A stretch of 64,000 bases of DNA from IMG/VR virus record IMGVR_UViG_3300049324_000053. One strand, 5' to 3'. Source of the stretch: a virus. A program made the translations under genes and the position numbers. Below the pieces are notes generated by a model. It saw nothing but the letters and a program-made list of their open reading frames with translations, was not told the origin of the DNA and did not search any database. Shown here piece after piece: positions 19,801 to 29,484 of the stretch; positions within the stretch are counted from its first letter, which is position 1, and every line of letters starts with the position of its first letter.

Positions 19801-22017
19801 GATGAGATCAAGCAGTTCCTGGATGTCACCCAGCAGGCACTGCCCGAGGTCGGGCATGAGGCAAGCCGGGACGCCTATCTGGACCCGACGAACGCCAACG
19901 GTGGCACCCTGTCCGGTGTTCTTGCCAAGGAAAAGCGTGCGGACGATGACATCGCTCTGGCGCAGAAAGCGCTCGACGACGATGCCAAGCGGCCCGAGGG
20001 TGACAAGGACAAGATGTCCCCCAAGGATCGGGCCGACGCCGAGACGAGAGTGAAAAAGGCAAGGGACGACCGCAAGGATTTGGACATCGAGGAGCAGCAG
20101 GCCCGCGAGCAGCATGAGGAGAACCTCGGCCAGGTCAAGGAGTCCCGGGTCAGCCAGTACGACAAGTCCGGCCGGGCCGACGTCGCGGTCGACACGGCGC
20201 AGACCGAGTACAACATGGCGACCGACGCCGACGACAAGGCGCAAAAAGAGGCCAAGCTCAACGCTGCCAAGCAGGCGCAGGCCGCGCAGAAGATGGCCGA
20301 CCAGAACGCTGCAACCCTGGCCGCCGCCACCCCCGGCGATCAGGTGTCCCAGACGCAGGCGCAGCTGAAAGCCGCGCAGCACACCCTGGAAACGCTCAAA
20401 GCGCAAGGCGCGAAGGGCGAGGATCTGTCGAACGCGGAGAAGGCGCTCAAGGAGGCGCAGCACGCCGCCGCATACGCCACCATCGAACAGGCCACCGCGC
20501 TGGCTTTGTCACTGACCGACATGCGTGACACCGCCGCTCGGGACGCCGCCGCGGTCGACGACGCGCGCAAGCATCTGGAGCAGGCGAAAAAGGAAGGTAA
20601 CAAGACCGACGAGTACAAGTACACCCAGCAGCTCAACGATGCGAAGGTCACCGGCGAGCAGCATGCTGATGCGGCGACATCGGCCAAGGAACTGGTCAAC
20701 ATTGATCCGCGGGCCACGGTCGCTCTTGCCCAGCAGCATCTCACGGATCTGCAACGCCAGCTGAACCGGTTCACCAGCGAAGGGCAGGGAAAGACCCAGG
20801 GCGCTGATCAGCTTCGCCAGCAGATCACCGCCGCGCAGCAGACCCTGGCCGAAAAGCAGGGCGCGATGCTGGTCTCGACTCTGGAAACGACGACCGGTCC
20901 GCAGGACACCGTCGGCCAGGCCAAGATCAACCTGGCCAAGGCGCAGAACGCGCTGACCGCCCTTATCCCGTCCAACGAGGGATACGGCGCCGCGCTGACC
21001 GGGGTGCGTAACGCGCAGCTGGATCTTGCCAAAGCGCAGGACGACATGGCCATCTCGCAGTTGCGCGCGTCGACCAGTTCGCAAGACACCGTCGGCCAGG
21101 CCAAGATCACGTTGGCAGAGGCGCAGCGTAAGTTGCGGGAAACGGACCCGAGCAACTCTGGGTACGGCGTCGCGGCGCAGGCGGTGACGGACGCGCAGCT
21201 GGCACTGGCCAAAGCGCAGGATGACATGGCGGTGTCCGCGGTCGTCGCCGGCACCATCACCGAGGGGGCGCTGGGGCAGGCGTCGATCGCGCTGACGCAG
21301 GCCAAAGCGAACTTCGATCGCGCCAACGTCAAGTCCGCCGACTTCGGGCAGCTGGTGGCGGCGTTGTACGCAAGCCAGCTGGCGTACGCCAATGCCCAGG
21401 ACGCTGCCGGGGCGACCGCCGCCGGGTTGCATCAGGATCTCACCGACCCGACGGTCGTGGCGCACAACGCGGTCGTCGCCGCGCAAAACAAACTGCAACG
21501 GCTCAAAGAGGCGATCGCCAAGCAGCGGGCGTACGACCAGGCACACGGGATCAAGTTCGACGAGGCCGCCGCTCAGGATGCGATCGACTCCGGGCAGACC
21601 GACGTGAACGCTGCGGCGAATGCCGAACAGAAAGCGACGTTCGACGCCCGACTGCAGGAAACTCAGCAGGCGTATTCGCTGCATCAGCTGTCCGGCGCCG
21701 CATACATTGCGGCTCTGAAGAAGCAGCGCGACGGCATTGTCGATGTCAACTATCAGACGCATCAGGAGATTTACCAGCTGAACAAGGCGATCCAGGACGC
21801 CAACGAGCAGGTGAGCGGCCAGTTCAACCTGACCGATATCAAACTTCCGACGGTGTATGAGGTGCGCCGCGCGGTCGCCTCCGGTAATCAGAACATCGAC
21901 GGTACCGTCAACAACAACAATGTCACCATCAACGGCGCTGATTTCACCAAGGTCGTTGCTTATATCAAGTCCATTCTCACTCCGGCGACCGGTCGTGTCG
22001 TCACCCCGCGGAGGTAG
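13822..22017 (+). CDS. Tape measure protein (2731 aa)
   Basis: Longest ORF; Ala-rich helical core, hydrophobic segments, coiled-coil C-terminus; follows the chaperone. Confidence 0.9.
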   Translation: MAGEDLFLHVGTDIRQVSEIFTTELDRMLNHRSEGGEFAPDLIPQLRRAMEEMSRYEAQYKKLLQLTERSGSLFQATAGVPAGSPQETVRQSAAKNLTTAGPELENLLAGFQRSIHDFYTLAKAAIPADAEGLQRALAETMRALFDQAATAAREAAHQTFGAAANAGSPAGGGDAAVTAMAEQIRLAGESLTRSVITSAESFARILHDATATGGTTASGAAPNTAPLETLNSTNLDLTAAIRLLVAEMGVLSAQMAANVATAKGANATASTGGHGGGHGGGHRGGGTTGGGGSGGDGGGRQYHNGHPDDPWDPEGADHDRRRAQKDWRRRTEISTQELYKRARDPHDPDFFFAGTEPGQGHVPPTESSPIIRRSGAGENWVYNAVAAVPDNPLAMSFARSPGQQRDTPQQRQSTAERRDAQQEQIARLEARRLAGELQTVAPGILHEPSTGQIYSARTGRLAGTAAIDPATGRHEGVAGPRDGTRSENRVDQSTLTRGVEELRKLAEGGAVSESRADVLRRGLPGGNLTPLSATTYHDPSTGQILSSATGRTVGTAHVDPHTQIVGATAEAAAGDRSLEQITADLKEFKAALAALERNAASAAKAATADTRDAARTDVQRRADAGELRRVGTTSAYHDPATNELLSAKSGRVLGTAQIDPKTQEVLGSQVNSANRTTEQVATDYAEFNAALNALHNNSQKAVENAAKTAQTAAAGQVLAKGAAGTGEYRQLGAGSVYHDPISGELHSSRTGRALGTATTDATTGKVSIAPITNASLTEEEINADQRERATALRFLARETEASAKTAKEVAIEARRQVEMEQVNLGNRLAYGGRKPLFTSDAAGGNVRDLRTGEGIATPSQQYEFDALHATERKKAEAQAKQRARAEQGEPGFGSAFVGGLTSSGFHAPGTGLVSLAGTAGVLARYSAAGAGISLLFKGVSQVKDAIMTTDAAFVDFNEAVRAAGAGTVDTSKAFSEMAAYGIDGVQALTIGAHALMVFKDEIKDGKDSTDLFNESIKQAGIYALATGQDAETAGKQLAQSAKDFGGGSAMEPRLADASVTAATNYGVDHKQLAIASAGAANVASIAGVNPEELNNILAAGMQGSGISGTQASTQFAGLISRTEKGPFQALRQKLSVSDTGDAAQQIVAMGAAFEKLNTAQQHAALSSVASGRNMNFYQALMRNAAGLNDNVTKSLEEQGAAADLAAQKQHTIAQELRDLGTAFKTLAENIAKSGILTPLGALLAVLGPIVNTLNFLFSGLQHVTDQLPIVGKHFSQVTGTIIDAWLAMKLYAAAMSAGGLGPALGALGRVGRHGDPATAPTPGTTSLPVLKPTPAPTPTPTPKPTPTPAPAPAPTPTPAPAPVPAPKPSPKRIRTPRPTPTPAPAPVPTPTPTPAPVVVPPAAPTPAPVVVPPASNARRGGRLNPLQGAPTRAVLREAEVSERVGAAYASDEEMIAARRGPRLYRRLGAQTADAASLAGANRELGATRGWAAGREADFHSEAGAIRAGAAGGSTAQMEQAEAEISQRRAAMQQEIAARMEASEAAARAILSGGQQGATALAESATRIAAAEQALAAELGAGGVEIGAAAAAAGAEILAGGAAGGAAAAAAGAVKGAAGAATGAVGAVEGALGTAGREVETVLPGAGGVARGGLRGALGRGAGGLRGLLGRGGAGGAAGAGRFARLRGATGMGGMGAMLGIGAAIMVGTELWKEKDAVNDAQNKGMDALGAGIGDDPASYAASATAAAKELHRADNKFLTKHFLTPVVSGINHIPGIGGGGLSGKEEEKELNEQAGDAKTTAKNIEDARSAANLASASNAASVNMHDLAGSFKALTDRGVSARDAMNTIAEAFGNFVNNKGIGGDPHSQRFLAPGQAGVLAATAAGDIEAQLRTQQEGHGANDILKNDLKGKDLDKAQNDINTSLQSYMKDHQGQVNPDELKSVALQAELQALGITPDAYAAMSPDKQQAYVRIANAGVQQSTRSVTGTDLQTSDEIKQFLDVTQQALPEVGHEASRDAYLDPTNANGGTLSGVLAKEKRADDDIALAQKALDDDAKRPEGDKDKMSPKDRADAETRVKKARDDRKDLDIEEQQAREQHEENLGQVKESRVSQYDKSGRADVAVDTAQTEYNMATDADDKAQKEAKLNAAKQAQAAQKMADQNAATLAAATPGDQVSQTQAQLKAAQHTLETLKAQGAKGEDLSNAEKALKEAQHAAAYATIEQATALALSLTDMRDTAARDAAAVDDARKHLEQAKKEGNKTDEYKYTQQLNDAKVTGEQHADAATSAKELVNIDPRATVALAQQHLTDLQRQLNRFTSEGQGKTQGADQLRQQITAAQQTLAEKQGAMLVSTLETTTGPQDTVGQAKINLAKAQNALTALIPSNEGYGAALTGVRNAQLDLAKAQDDMAISQLRASTSSQDTVGQAKITLAEAQRKLRETDPSNSGYGVAAQAVTDAQLALAKAQDDMAVSAVVAGTITEGALGQASIALTQAKANFDRANVKSADFGQLVAALYASQLAYANAQDAAGATAAGLHQDLTDPTVVAHNAVVAAQNKLQRLKEAIAKQRAYDQAHGIKFDEAAAQDAIDSGQTDVNAAANAEQKATFDARLQETQQAYSLHQLSGAAYIAALKKQRDGIVDVNYQTHQEIYQLNKAIQDANEQVSGQFNLTDIKLPTVYEVRRAVASGNQNIDGTVNNNNVTINGADFTKVVAYIKSILTPATGRVVTPRR

Positions 22018-22019
22018 TC

Positions 22020-23288
22020 GTGCCCACGCCGGCCATCACGTCGATCAGCCCGTCGCCGTTGTACGCGGGGGCCACCGCCACCGTCTTCGGCACCGACCTG
22101 CCGCTCACCATCGACACGGTCCGCGCGTCGGTCGCGCCCCCCGACTACGACCCGACGCCGGCAGAGCCGGACGCGGCCGGCACGGTGCATCCGATGTTCG
22201 TGCTGGCCGGTATCCCGGTGACCTGGGTCGGGGGACATCCGACGTTCGTCGTGCCGGCCACGACACGCACCACCGGGGTGCTGGTCGTGTCGCTGAACGC
22301 CACCGGCGGCACTCACGACATCAAGTGGGACACACCGGTGGCACCCGATTTCGTGGTGCCGTTCGTCGTTCCTCCCTCCGGCGCCGGCACCGCCCCCGGT
22401 GTGACCCCACCGCCGGCGTCGGCGACGGTGAACGGTGTCATCTACGACCCGTCCTGGAATCTGCTGACCAATCCGGCGCCGAGCCCGGCAGCGTTCGTCA
22501 CGGTGATCGACCCGTGGCCGGTGTACTCCGGGCTGCTGTGCACCGCCGGCGGCCCGAACGTCGGCGTCTGCACCGACATTTTGATCACCACGGTGAAAAC
22601 GGTCAACGCGGTGACTACTCAACGCACGTTGAGCGCCCCCCTGACCCGGCTGAACCAGAACTCGGCCAGCTTCACCTTGCCCGACTTCGGGGTCGAGGCG
22701 TTCACCACCGCCGCCGCCCAGGTGCGGTACACCGTCGACGGGGCGGTGCACCTGTCGTATCCGCTGCCGCTGGTTCTTGTCGCTCCCCCGGCCGCCACCG
22801 GACCGCCCGCCACCGCCGTCACCCCCACCTACGGCTACAACATCCCGACGGGCGGCTACTGGGGGCCGCTCGCGATGCAGCGGTGGCAGTTTCATGATCC
22901 GAGCGACCCGGATCCGGTGACGAACACCTGGACCGTACCGATAAACCCGCGCGAGATGAGCAGCGTGTTCCCCACCCGCGCGTTCACCCAGAAGCATTCC
23001 ACCGCGGTCGACGGGCAGCTACTGCTGTTCGAAGGCCCACCGGCGCCGGTCGATTTCACGTTCGCCGGCGCCATTCTTGACGCCAACCATTACGACATGC
23101 TGCGTTCCTGGACTTACGAGCGGCACACCGCCATCGAGATCCGCGACCATTTTGGGCGCACCCTGCTCGTCGTCATGACCAAGTTCGACGTCAAACCGAA
23201 GAATGCGCGTGGCGTGTACTGGCGGCATGAGTATTCGATCGAGGCGCTGCTGCTGGACATCAGCCCCCCGACCCTGATTCCGGCATGA
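22020..23288 (+). CDS. Distal tail (Dit)-like protein with N-terminal IPT/Ig-like domain
   Basis: PAITSISP start; C-terminal W.VPINPREM...IRDHFGR; follows tape measure. Confidence 0.6.
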   Translation: MPTPAITSISPSPLYAGATATVFGTDLPLTIDTVRASVAPPDYDPTPAEPDAAGTVHPMFVLAGIPVTWVGGHPTFVVPATTRTTGVLVVSLNATGGTHDIKWDTPVAPDFVVPFVVPPSGAGTAPGVTPPPASATVNGVIYDPSWNLLTNPAPSPAAFVTVIDPWPVYSGLLCTAGGPNVGVCTDILITTVKTVNAVTTQRTLSAPLTRLNQNSASFTLPDFGVEAFTTAAAQVRYTVDGAVHLSYPLPLVLVAPPAATGPPATAVTPTYGYNIPTGGYWGPLAMQRWQFHDPSDPDPVTNTWTVPINPREMSSVFPTRAFTQKHSTAVDGQLLLFEGPPAPVDFTFAGAILDANHYDMLRSWTYERHTAIEIRDHFGRTLLVVMTKFDVKPKNARGVYWRHEYSIEALLLDISPPTLIPA

Positions 23289-26200
23289 GGCCCGTCACAC
23301 CGGAGATGGCCGCGATCTGGCATGGCGGCCAGTACGTCGGCATCAACCGGTCGATGGCCCGGGTCACCGTGCAGACCGGTGCGATGCAATTGCATTCGAC
23401 CAGTTCCAACGTGTACGCCAGCTACCTGTTCAACGCTCCCGGCTTGCCGCAGGAACTGCCCAACGTGCGTGAGGTGTCCTGGTCACGCGGCACCGAAACC
23501 GATTTCGGTTCCTGCACGATCGTGCTGACGAACACCGCAAACGTCGCCGGCCGCGCCGGCGCCAGCCGTGCCGCCGACGGCTGGTACTCCCCGATGCGCG
23601 GCATGAACGCGCTCGCCGCCCGCTGGGCGCAGCAGCCGAATACCTGGGCGCGGATGCTGCTGCCGGACAACTTGATCCGCACGTTCGAAGGTTACGGCGT
23701 CAACCCGGATGCCCCCCCGGAGCTGGACATTCACCTGATGCTCACCGGCGTCTGGCGCATCGACACTGTGCAGCTGACCGCCGACGGTCTGGTCACGATC
23801 ACCTGCCGGGATGTCACCAGCATCCTGGACAAACAGATCATGTTCCCGCCGGTCGTTCCCAGAGCGTTCTATCCGTTGCAATTCGCCGGCGTCGACACTA
23901 CCCCAGGGTTCGTCGCGGGCAGCACCTACACGTTCACGCTGACCGCCGGCGGCAGGCACAACACCACCCATCCCCCGGCCAACGGATACACCGGCCCTTA
24001 CGATCCTCCCGCCACGGTCACCGCCACCGCCGGCCCCGCGAACATCACTGTTCACTGGTCGCCGCCTGCGGGGTTCGACAACGCCGGAGGCCCGATCGAG
24101 GTCGTCGGCTACCAGGTGCTCGTCGACGCAGTTCGCCTGCCCACCCTCTACCCGCCGGCGAGCACCCAGGCGACCATCAGCACCGGCATCATCGCTGGCA
24201 ACGTCTACTCGGCCGGCGTCGTGGCCGTCTACCGTCAGCATTTGACCGCCGACGAACGTGCCGCCGCAGTACACGCCGGCCGCGCGAACACCGACCCGCA
24301 GGAAGTGTCCGACGTCGGTCACGCGCCCACCATGGCGCACCCAGGACATCCGAACGGCCCCACGACAACCGCCGGGTCGCTGCGCCTGGACATCGCCAGC
24401 AACGGTGACGTCACCCCCCGCATGGTCAGCTGGCAGTGCGACACCAAAGGCGCGCCGACGCACTGGACGCTGATCGCTTACCGGGGGGGCAATCCGCCGG
24501 CCGACAAACGCATCTACCATGTCGATCTTCCTGCCGGCGCGACCGGCGGGCAGATCCTCACCGACGTCACCGACAACATGCAAGCCTGGAACTGGCTGGT
24601 GTACGGCATCATCAACTACACCGCCCCACCGGCCGGCGGCAAACCGCCCGTTACGTCCACGTTCATCGGCACCGCCGACGCCTTCTTGCGTAACATCGGT
24701 GCCGGCGAGTTCTACGCCCCTCCGGTCGCCGGCGCACCACCGCGGTACACCACCGGTCCCGGCGGCGCCACGTTCACCACCCCCATCACCGGTGGCTCAC
24801 CGGCGTCCGGCGCCCGGCCCACCGGCGCCACCGTCAAGGTTCCGGCCAAGCCGTCGCTCATGGCCTGCACGTACGACGACACCAGCAACACCTATTACGT
24901 CGGCCGCGGCGGCACAATGTTCGGTCATCGCGCCACCGACGCGTTCGATTCTCAAAGCGCGTCCTGGTGGATGAGCGTCGGCAACATCTCCCCCAACCGC
25001 GGCTTCGCCTTCGAATGGGTGCAGGGCGCGGTGCGTAACGTCACCGTCACCAGCGTCAAGTTTCATACCAAGCTGTCCGGTTATCACGCCTACATTTCGC
25101 TGTTCGCGCACGGCGCCTGGGTGCACTATCATCCTTCCGATCTCATTCCGTACGACCCGACATTGCCCGAGAGCCACAACCACGGCAACATTCCGTATGC
25201 GGCAAGTTTCGTGACCGGCGTCAACGACGAAGGTCCGCACACGGTGGTGCTGCGCACCCCGGTACCCGGGGTGACCAAGGTGCGGCTCACGTTGCGTAAC
25301 CTGCAGAATTTCAACCGGGCGAACCTGTCCAGTGGTTACGCCTACCGTGCCGGTGTGCGGTCCCTGTCGGTGTACGGCGTCGCCGCCAGTAGCGGCGGTG
25401 GCGGTGGTGGTGGTAACGGTCCTGGTGTTCCCGGGCCCATCGAGGACGACGACACCGCCGACGGTGCCACCACCTACGAAAAGTACATCGCCCCGTCCAT
25501 CGTCACCGGCGCCGGTGACCATCCCGGCCAGTTCTCCGACTACACCGGTATCGTGAAACTGCTCACCGGCTGGGGCGGGTTCTTCTGGCCCGACCATGGT
25601 AAGCAGATGTGCTGCGACGGCAGCTATCAGCAGTTCGATCACGGTCTTGGCCCGTACGGGCTGCCCAACGTCGACCCCGAACTCGGTGGCGTCGACGGCG
25701 GTCGTATCTGGGGCGACTTCATGGACACCGGCACCCACGCCTCCACGTTGCTCCCGATCGCCACCTGGGACAAGCAGCCTTTGATGGCCGGCGTCGGTGT
25801 CGTCAAGCAGATCATTGGATTCAACTTTTACGGCGACGAGACCGGCGGCGTTGTGTGGCGGCTGCCGAACATCTACTCGGTCGGCAACTGGATCACCATG
25901 CCGACCGGGGACCGGGCCCGCACATCTGCAGTGCTGACCATTGACGATTCGCAAACCCTGATGGGCCTGCAAAGCACCTACTCGGGGGCGGCGCTGCGTG
26001 AACGTATCTTCGTCGGCACCCCCGACGGGCTGTATGGCGCGGTGGCCGCCGGCTGGAACCCGAACCCGACGGGGTTGCGCAGAGTGGGTGGCTGGACCGA
26101 CTACAACTTTGCCGCCGGTGCCGCGCCGCCGCCGGTTGCCAGCAAGACGGGATTCATGAACCCTCGGTTCGTCATCGACCCCGCCAGCTGGCGCGACCCG

Positions 26201-26569
26201 TCCATCAACCCGATGCTGCAGGTCACCGCCGACATGATCCAGATGCGGGCGCTCATGGCGTATCACACCGCGCAAGTGCAGATCCCTGGTTATCCGGCCG
26301 TGCAGATCGACGATCAGATCCGGGTCAACGAACGCATCACCGGGGAAGCAGCGCTGCACTATGTGCAGGGCATCTCCAGCAGCAACGATCTGATGGCCGG
26401 CGTGTGGACCTACACTCTGGACACCACCTGGCTCGGGACCGACCCGAGCGACCTGTGGCTGTTTCGGGCGTCGATCCTGCCGGAGGAGACGCAGGCGTTC
26501 CTCACCGCGCTGTCCGCCGTGGCTGCCAGCACCCTGTCCACCGGATCGGCCAGCGACGTCACCATCTGA
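23285..26569 (+). CDS. Baseplate hub/Tal-like minor tail protein with FN3 and carbohydrate-binding-like inserts
   Basis: TGVWRIDTV...ITCRD; IPGYPAVQIDDQI; FN3-like ITVHWSPP. Confidence 0.7.
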   Translation: MRPVTPEMAAIWHGGQYVGINRSMARVTVQTGAMQLHSTSSNVYASYLFNAPGLPQELPNVREVSWSRGTETDFGSCTIVLTNTANVAGRAGASRAADGWYSPMRGMNALAARWAQQPNTWARMLLPDNLIRTFEGYGVNPDAPPELDIHLMLTGVWRIDTVQLTADGLVTITCRDVTSILDKQIMFPPVVPRAFYPLQFAGVDTTPGFVAGSTYTFTLTAGGRHNTTHPPANGYTGPYDPPATVTATAGPANITVHWSPPAGFDNAGGPIEVVGYQVLVDAVRLPTLYPPASTQATISTGIIAGNVYSAGVVAVYRQHLTADERAAAVHAGRANTDPQEVSDVGHAPTMAHPGHPNGPTTTAGSLRLDIASNGDVTPRMVSWQCDTKGAPTHWTLIAYRGGNPPADKRIYHVDLPAGATGGQILTDVTDNMQAWNWLVYGIINYTAPPAGGKPPVTSTFIGTADAFLRNIGAGEFYAPPVAGAPPRYTTGPGGATFTTPITGGSPASGARPTGATVKVPAKPSLMACTYDDTSNTYYVGRGGTMFGHRATDAFDSQSASWWMSVGNISPNRGFAFEWVQGAVRNVTVTSVKFHTKLSGYHAYISLFAHGAWVHYHPSDLIPYDPTLPESHNHGNIPYAASFVTGVNDEGPHTVVLRTPVPGVTKVRLTLRNLQNFNRANLSSGYAYRAGVRSLSVYGVAASSGGGGGGGNGPGVPGPIEDDDTADGATTYEKYIAPSIVTGAGDHPGQFSDYTGIVKLLTGWGGFFWPDHGKQMCCDGSYQQFDHGLGPYGLPNVDPELGGVDGGRIWGDFMDTGTHASTLLPIATWDKQPLMAGVGVVKQIIGFNFYGDETGGVVWRLPNIYSVGNWITMPTGDRARTSAVLTIDDSQTLMGLQSTYSGAALRERIFVGTPDGLYGAVAAGWNPNPTGLRRVGGWTDYNFAAGAAPPPVASKTGFMNPRFVIDPASWRDPSINPMLQVTADMIQMRALMAYHTAQVQIPGYPAVQIDDQIRVNERITGEAALHYVQGISSSNDLMAGVWTYTLDTTWLGTDPSDLWLFRASILPEETQAFLTALSAVAASTLSTGSASDVTI

Positions 26570-26583
26570 TTTGTGAAGGAGGC

Positions 26584-27429
26584 ATGTTGAGCATCGACAT
26601 CGGCGGCCATCTGCCGCCGCCCCTGTTCGAACTGGCCAACGCTGCCAATTCCGATGTGGCGAACGCCAACAGCCAGAACGCCGCCCGCCCCGCGACCAGT
26701 ACCATGACCGTGGACATCACCGGTTCCGGGCAGACCGTCCGGTCCAAGCCCGTCCCGTTCGACACCGCGTTCGACGGCAAACCCGTCTTCACCTACGGCG
26801 TCGAACTGACCAAATACGACCCGGCGTACGCTTACCCGTCGGCGACTGCCGGCGTGTACAAGTGGGTCATCGACGCCAAGGGCCTGTACACCGGCTGCTA
26901 TCTGTATTTTCATGTCGATGTGGAGGCCAAGAATCTGCAGGTGCTGCAGTACGCGGAAATGTCGGCGCGGATGAATCTGTCCTACCAGTACAGTCGACAG
27001 ACGGCGTTTAAAACAGCTGCTAACCAAGGTTACTACTCTAACGGCTACTGGTGGCCACCTGGTTTTGCAGAGGGCAAGGATCTTTACCCGGGGGATGACG
27101 GCACCATTGCGGGGGCGCAGTACCAATATTATCGGGCAGTCGCAGCGTACGCCGCATATCATCTGTACGCCAAGGCGCAGCAGGAGCAGCAGAAGGTGAT
27201 CAATGCTGCCGTCAAACTGGCCGAAGCTCAGCAAGCCTTGGCTACGGCGGCGCTGGCCAAAGCGGTCGCTGCCAAGGCTCCGACGACGATCACCACGTTT
27301 CATCTGTCGTTCTACGGCACGGCGTTGAAAGTACTGCCTCCGGAGTTGACCGATGACAGTTCTCCGACGCTGCCGACGTACAACCCGCCGTGGACGCCCG
27401 ATCAGCCGATCATGGTGCAACCGCTGTAG
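26584..27429 (+). CDS. Minor tail protein
   Basis: GGAGG SD; position; lower-GC central segment. Confidence 0.55.
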   Translation: MLSIDIGGHLPPPLFELANAANSDVANANSQNAARPATSTMTVDITGSGQTVRSKPVPFDTAFDGKPVFTYGVELTKYDPAYAYPSATAGVYKWVIDAKGLYTGCYLYFHVDVEAKNLQVLQYAEMSARMNLSYQYSRQTAFKTAANQGYYSNGYWWPPGFAEGKDLYPGDDGTIAGAQYQYYRAVAAYAAYHLYAKAQQEQQKVINAAVKLAEAQQALATAALAKAVAAKAPTTITTFHLSFYGTALKVLPPELTDDSSPTLPTYNPPWTPDQPIMVQPL

Positions 27430-27444
27430 CAGACAAGGAGCGCC

Positions 27445-29091
27445 ATGCATCGGGTGGCATTGGTGAACTATCCGACGTTGCAGAACCCGCGAACGATCGG
27501 CCGGATTTCCGACTCACAATTGCTGGTTGCCAGCGATGAGCCTTTGGATGACAACTCGTACTGGCTGGAAGCTGACCTGCTGTACAGCATTCCGATCAAC
27601 GCCATGGCCGGCAGCAACGCGTTCGCCGGAACCGCCCTGCCGGTAGCGATCCCCCATCCGCAGCCCCCCGCGGTTGCCGACGTCAACTGGATGCCCGTGA
27701 CGATTCGGGTCGTTGCCGCGCTGCCCGTGGGCGCCGACGCCACCGTGCTCATCCTGCTCGCCGAATGGATCAACCCGGGGTCACCGCACGGACCGGACTA
27801 CCCACCGATCGACGCCAGCCTTTGGTGTTACATCGTGCTGCGTCACAGCGGCACCGCGATGTATTACGGCTCCCCTCAGCTGCTCCTGCAGGAGTACTTC
27901 GACGTCGCGGGCACCCAGACCGACGTCAACGGTGCGCCGGTCTACTGGATCCGTACCTTCGGCCCGTCGATCGGCTGGGACCACTTCGAGGTGCAAGGTG
28001 ATCTGCTGGTCGGGACCGCACAGCATCCGGGACCGTACAACGTCGACGACATCATCGGTCCCGTCGCCGTCGGCGTCTACGGCGGCAACGAGGTCGACAT
28101 CCGGTCGATGGGCAACGCTGCGGTGCTGGTCGCGTCGGCGCTGTCCAGCCCGGTCGTCGTTCCCATCACACCTGGCGAGTCCAACCCGCCACCGCTGCCC
28201 GCGCCGACCCCGTCGACGCTCACCGACGCCCAGCTGGCCGGCCTTGCGGCCAGCGTCGGATTCACCGGACGCGACATCGTGCTTGCGGTCGCGATGGCCC
28301 TGGCAGAGTCCGACGGACGCACCGACGCTACGAATGCCAATGCCAACGGCAGCACCGACTACGGGCTGTGGCAGATCAACACCATTCACCCGGAGCTGCT
28401 GGCCAGCGGCACCTGGTCGGTGCCCGCCGACAACGCCCGCATGGCGTACTCGGTGTTCACCGACGCCGGCCGCAGCTGGACACCTTGGTCCACCTACAAC
28501 AACGGCGCCTACCTGAAGTTCTACGCACGCGGGCAAACGGCCGCAGCCAATCCGGACACCACCTACGCCAGCACCGCTGCGGCCACCCCACGAGCGGTGA
28601 CCAGCGCCGGCACGGGAACCGGACTGGACAACACGGCGTCCTGGGGCAAGGTGTGCGTCGATGTGGTGCGGGTGAACGGGGTGTACCTGCTGCTGACCGT
28701 GCAGGCCGGCGCCGGGCTGATGCTGGTCCGCACCGACGGCACCACCCGGCTGACCACGATGCTGGACCCGCAGGTCTACCCCAACCCGATCGAAGCTTTG
28801 GACCTGGCCAACAACCCCGGTCTCGGTGCGCAAGCCGAGACGTATGTGCTGAGCAACGGGCACGGCCTCATTCTCGACGGGCAGCTCGCCCGGTACGACA
28901 TGAGTCCGTACGGCGGCTACATTCACGTATGGCGTGAATGGATCCACACGTCCGCGGATGGTGCTCAAACTCGCGATGTTGAGCTGATCGCTGTCGCAGC
29001 ATCCGGTTTGCTGAGCGGGGAAGCGACCGTCGTCGACCGCATGACGGTCAGTTCCCGTCCGTATCCCGAACCGGTCATCGACATCAGCTAA
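27445..29091 (+). CDS. Minor tail protein with internal lysozyme-like (SLT-type) domain
   Basis: VGFTG.....AVAMALAES.G...DYGLWQINTIH...W.PWSTY. Confidence 0.75.
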   Translation: MHRVALVNYPTLQNPRTIGRISDSQLLVASDEPLDDNSYWLEADLLYSIPINAMAGSNAFAGTALPVAIPHPQPPAVADVNWMPVTIRVVAALPVGADATVLILLAEWINPGSPHGPDYPPIDASLWCYIVLRHSGTAMYYGSPQLLLQEYFDVAGTQTDVNGAPVYWIRTFGPSIGWDHFEVQGDLLVGTAQHPGPYNVDDIIGPVAVGVYGGNEVDIRSMGNAAVLVASALSSPVVVPITPGESNPPPLPAPTPSTLTDAQLAGLAASVGFTGRDIVLAVAMALAESDGRTDATNANANGSTDYGLWQINTIHPELLASGTWSVPADNARMAYSVFTDAGRSWTPWSTYNNGAYLKFYARGQTAAANPDTTYASTAAATPRAVTSAGTGTGLDNTASWGKVCVDVVRVNGVYLLLTVQAGAGLMLVRTDGTTRLTTMLDPQVYPNPIEALDLANNPGLGAQAETYVLSNGHGLILDGQLARYDMSPYGGYIHVWREWIHTSADGAQTRDVELIAVAASGLLSGEATVVDRMTVSSRPYPEPVIDIS

Positions 29092-29101
29092 GGAGCGCGG
29101 C

Positions 29102-29395
29102 ATGTACCAGTCCGCTGACGTCAGCGACCCGATCGGCCGCTGGGACCAGTGGCAACGTCAGACCCAGCGCAGCACGTTCCAGGCGCTCGGCAACCAGGTG
29201 CTGTACGGCAACGGCCTGTACGTCGTCGACCGCGTCCTGGCGCCGACCACCCCGACCGGCGGCCCGCTGCCCGACGACGGCACCCAGCCGCTGCTGGACC
29301 CGCCTCCGGAGCTGCCCGACGGCAGTGCCGGCCCCCCTGCGGAAGGGGCGAGCAGCGTGATGGGCGACAAGCCCTCGGTGCTGTTCGAACCCTGA
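29102..29395 (+). CDS. Hypothetical protein
   Basis: AAGGAG SD. Confidence 0.5.
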   Translation: MYQSADVSDPIGRWDQWQRQTQRSTFQALGNQVLYGNGLYVVDRVLAPTTPTGGPLPDDGTQPLLDPPPELPDGSAGPPAEGASSVMGDKPSVLFEP

Positions 29396-29439
29396 CGGGC
29401 GGGACTTGATCCTTCCGGTGGCGATTCGTGCCGGGATGG

Positions 29440-29466
29440 TCCGATCCGGTCGTCGGCATGCCGATT
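29440..29466 (+). promoter_or_regulatory. Putative late promoter, copy 4
   Basis: TCCGATCCGG-N10-GCCGATT. Confidence 0.55.
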
Positions 29467-29484
29467 CGTTCATGGGAGGTGGCT

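Noticed and set aside
20890-21240. Duplicated QDTVGQAKI...LAKAQDDMA unit in the tape measure
   Set aside because: Ordinary helical repeat expansion of a TMP.
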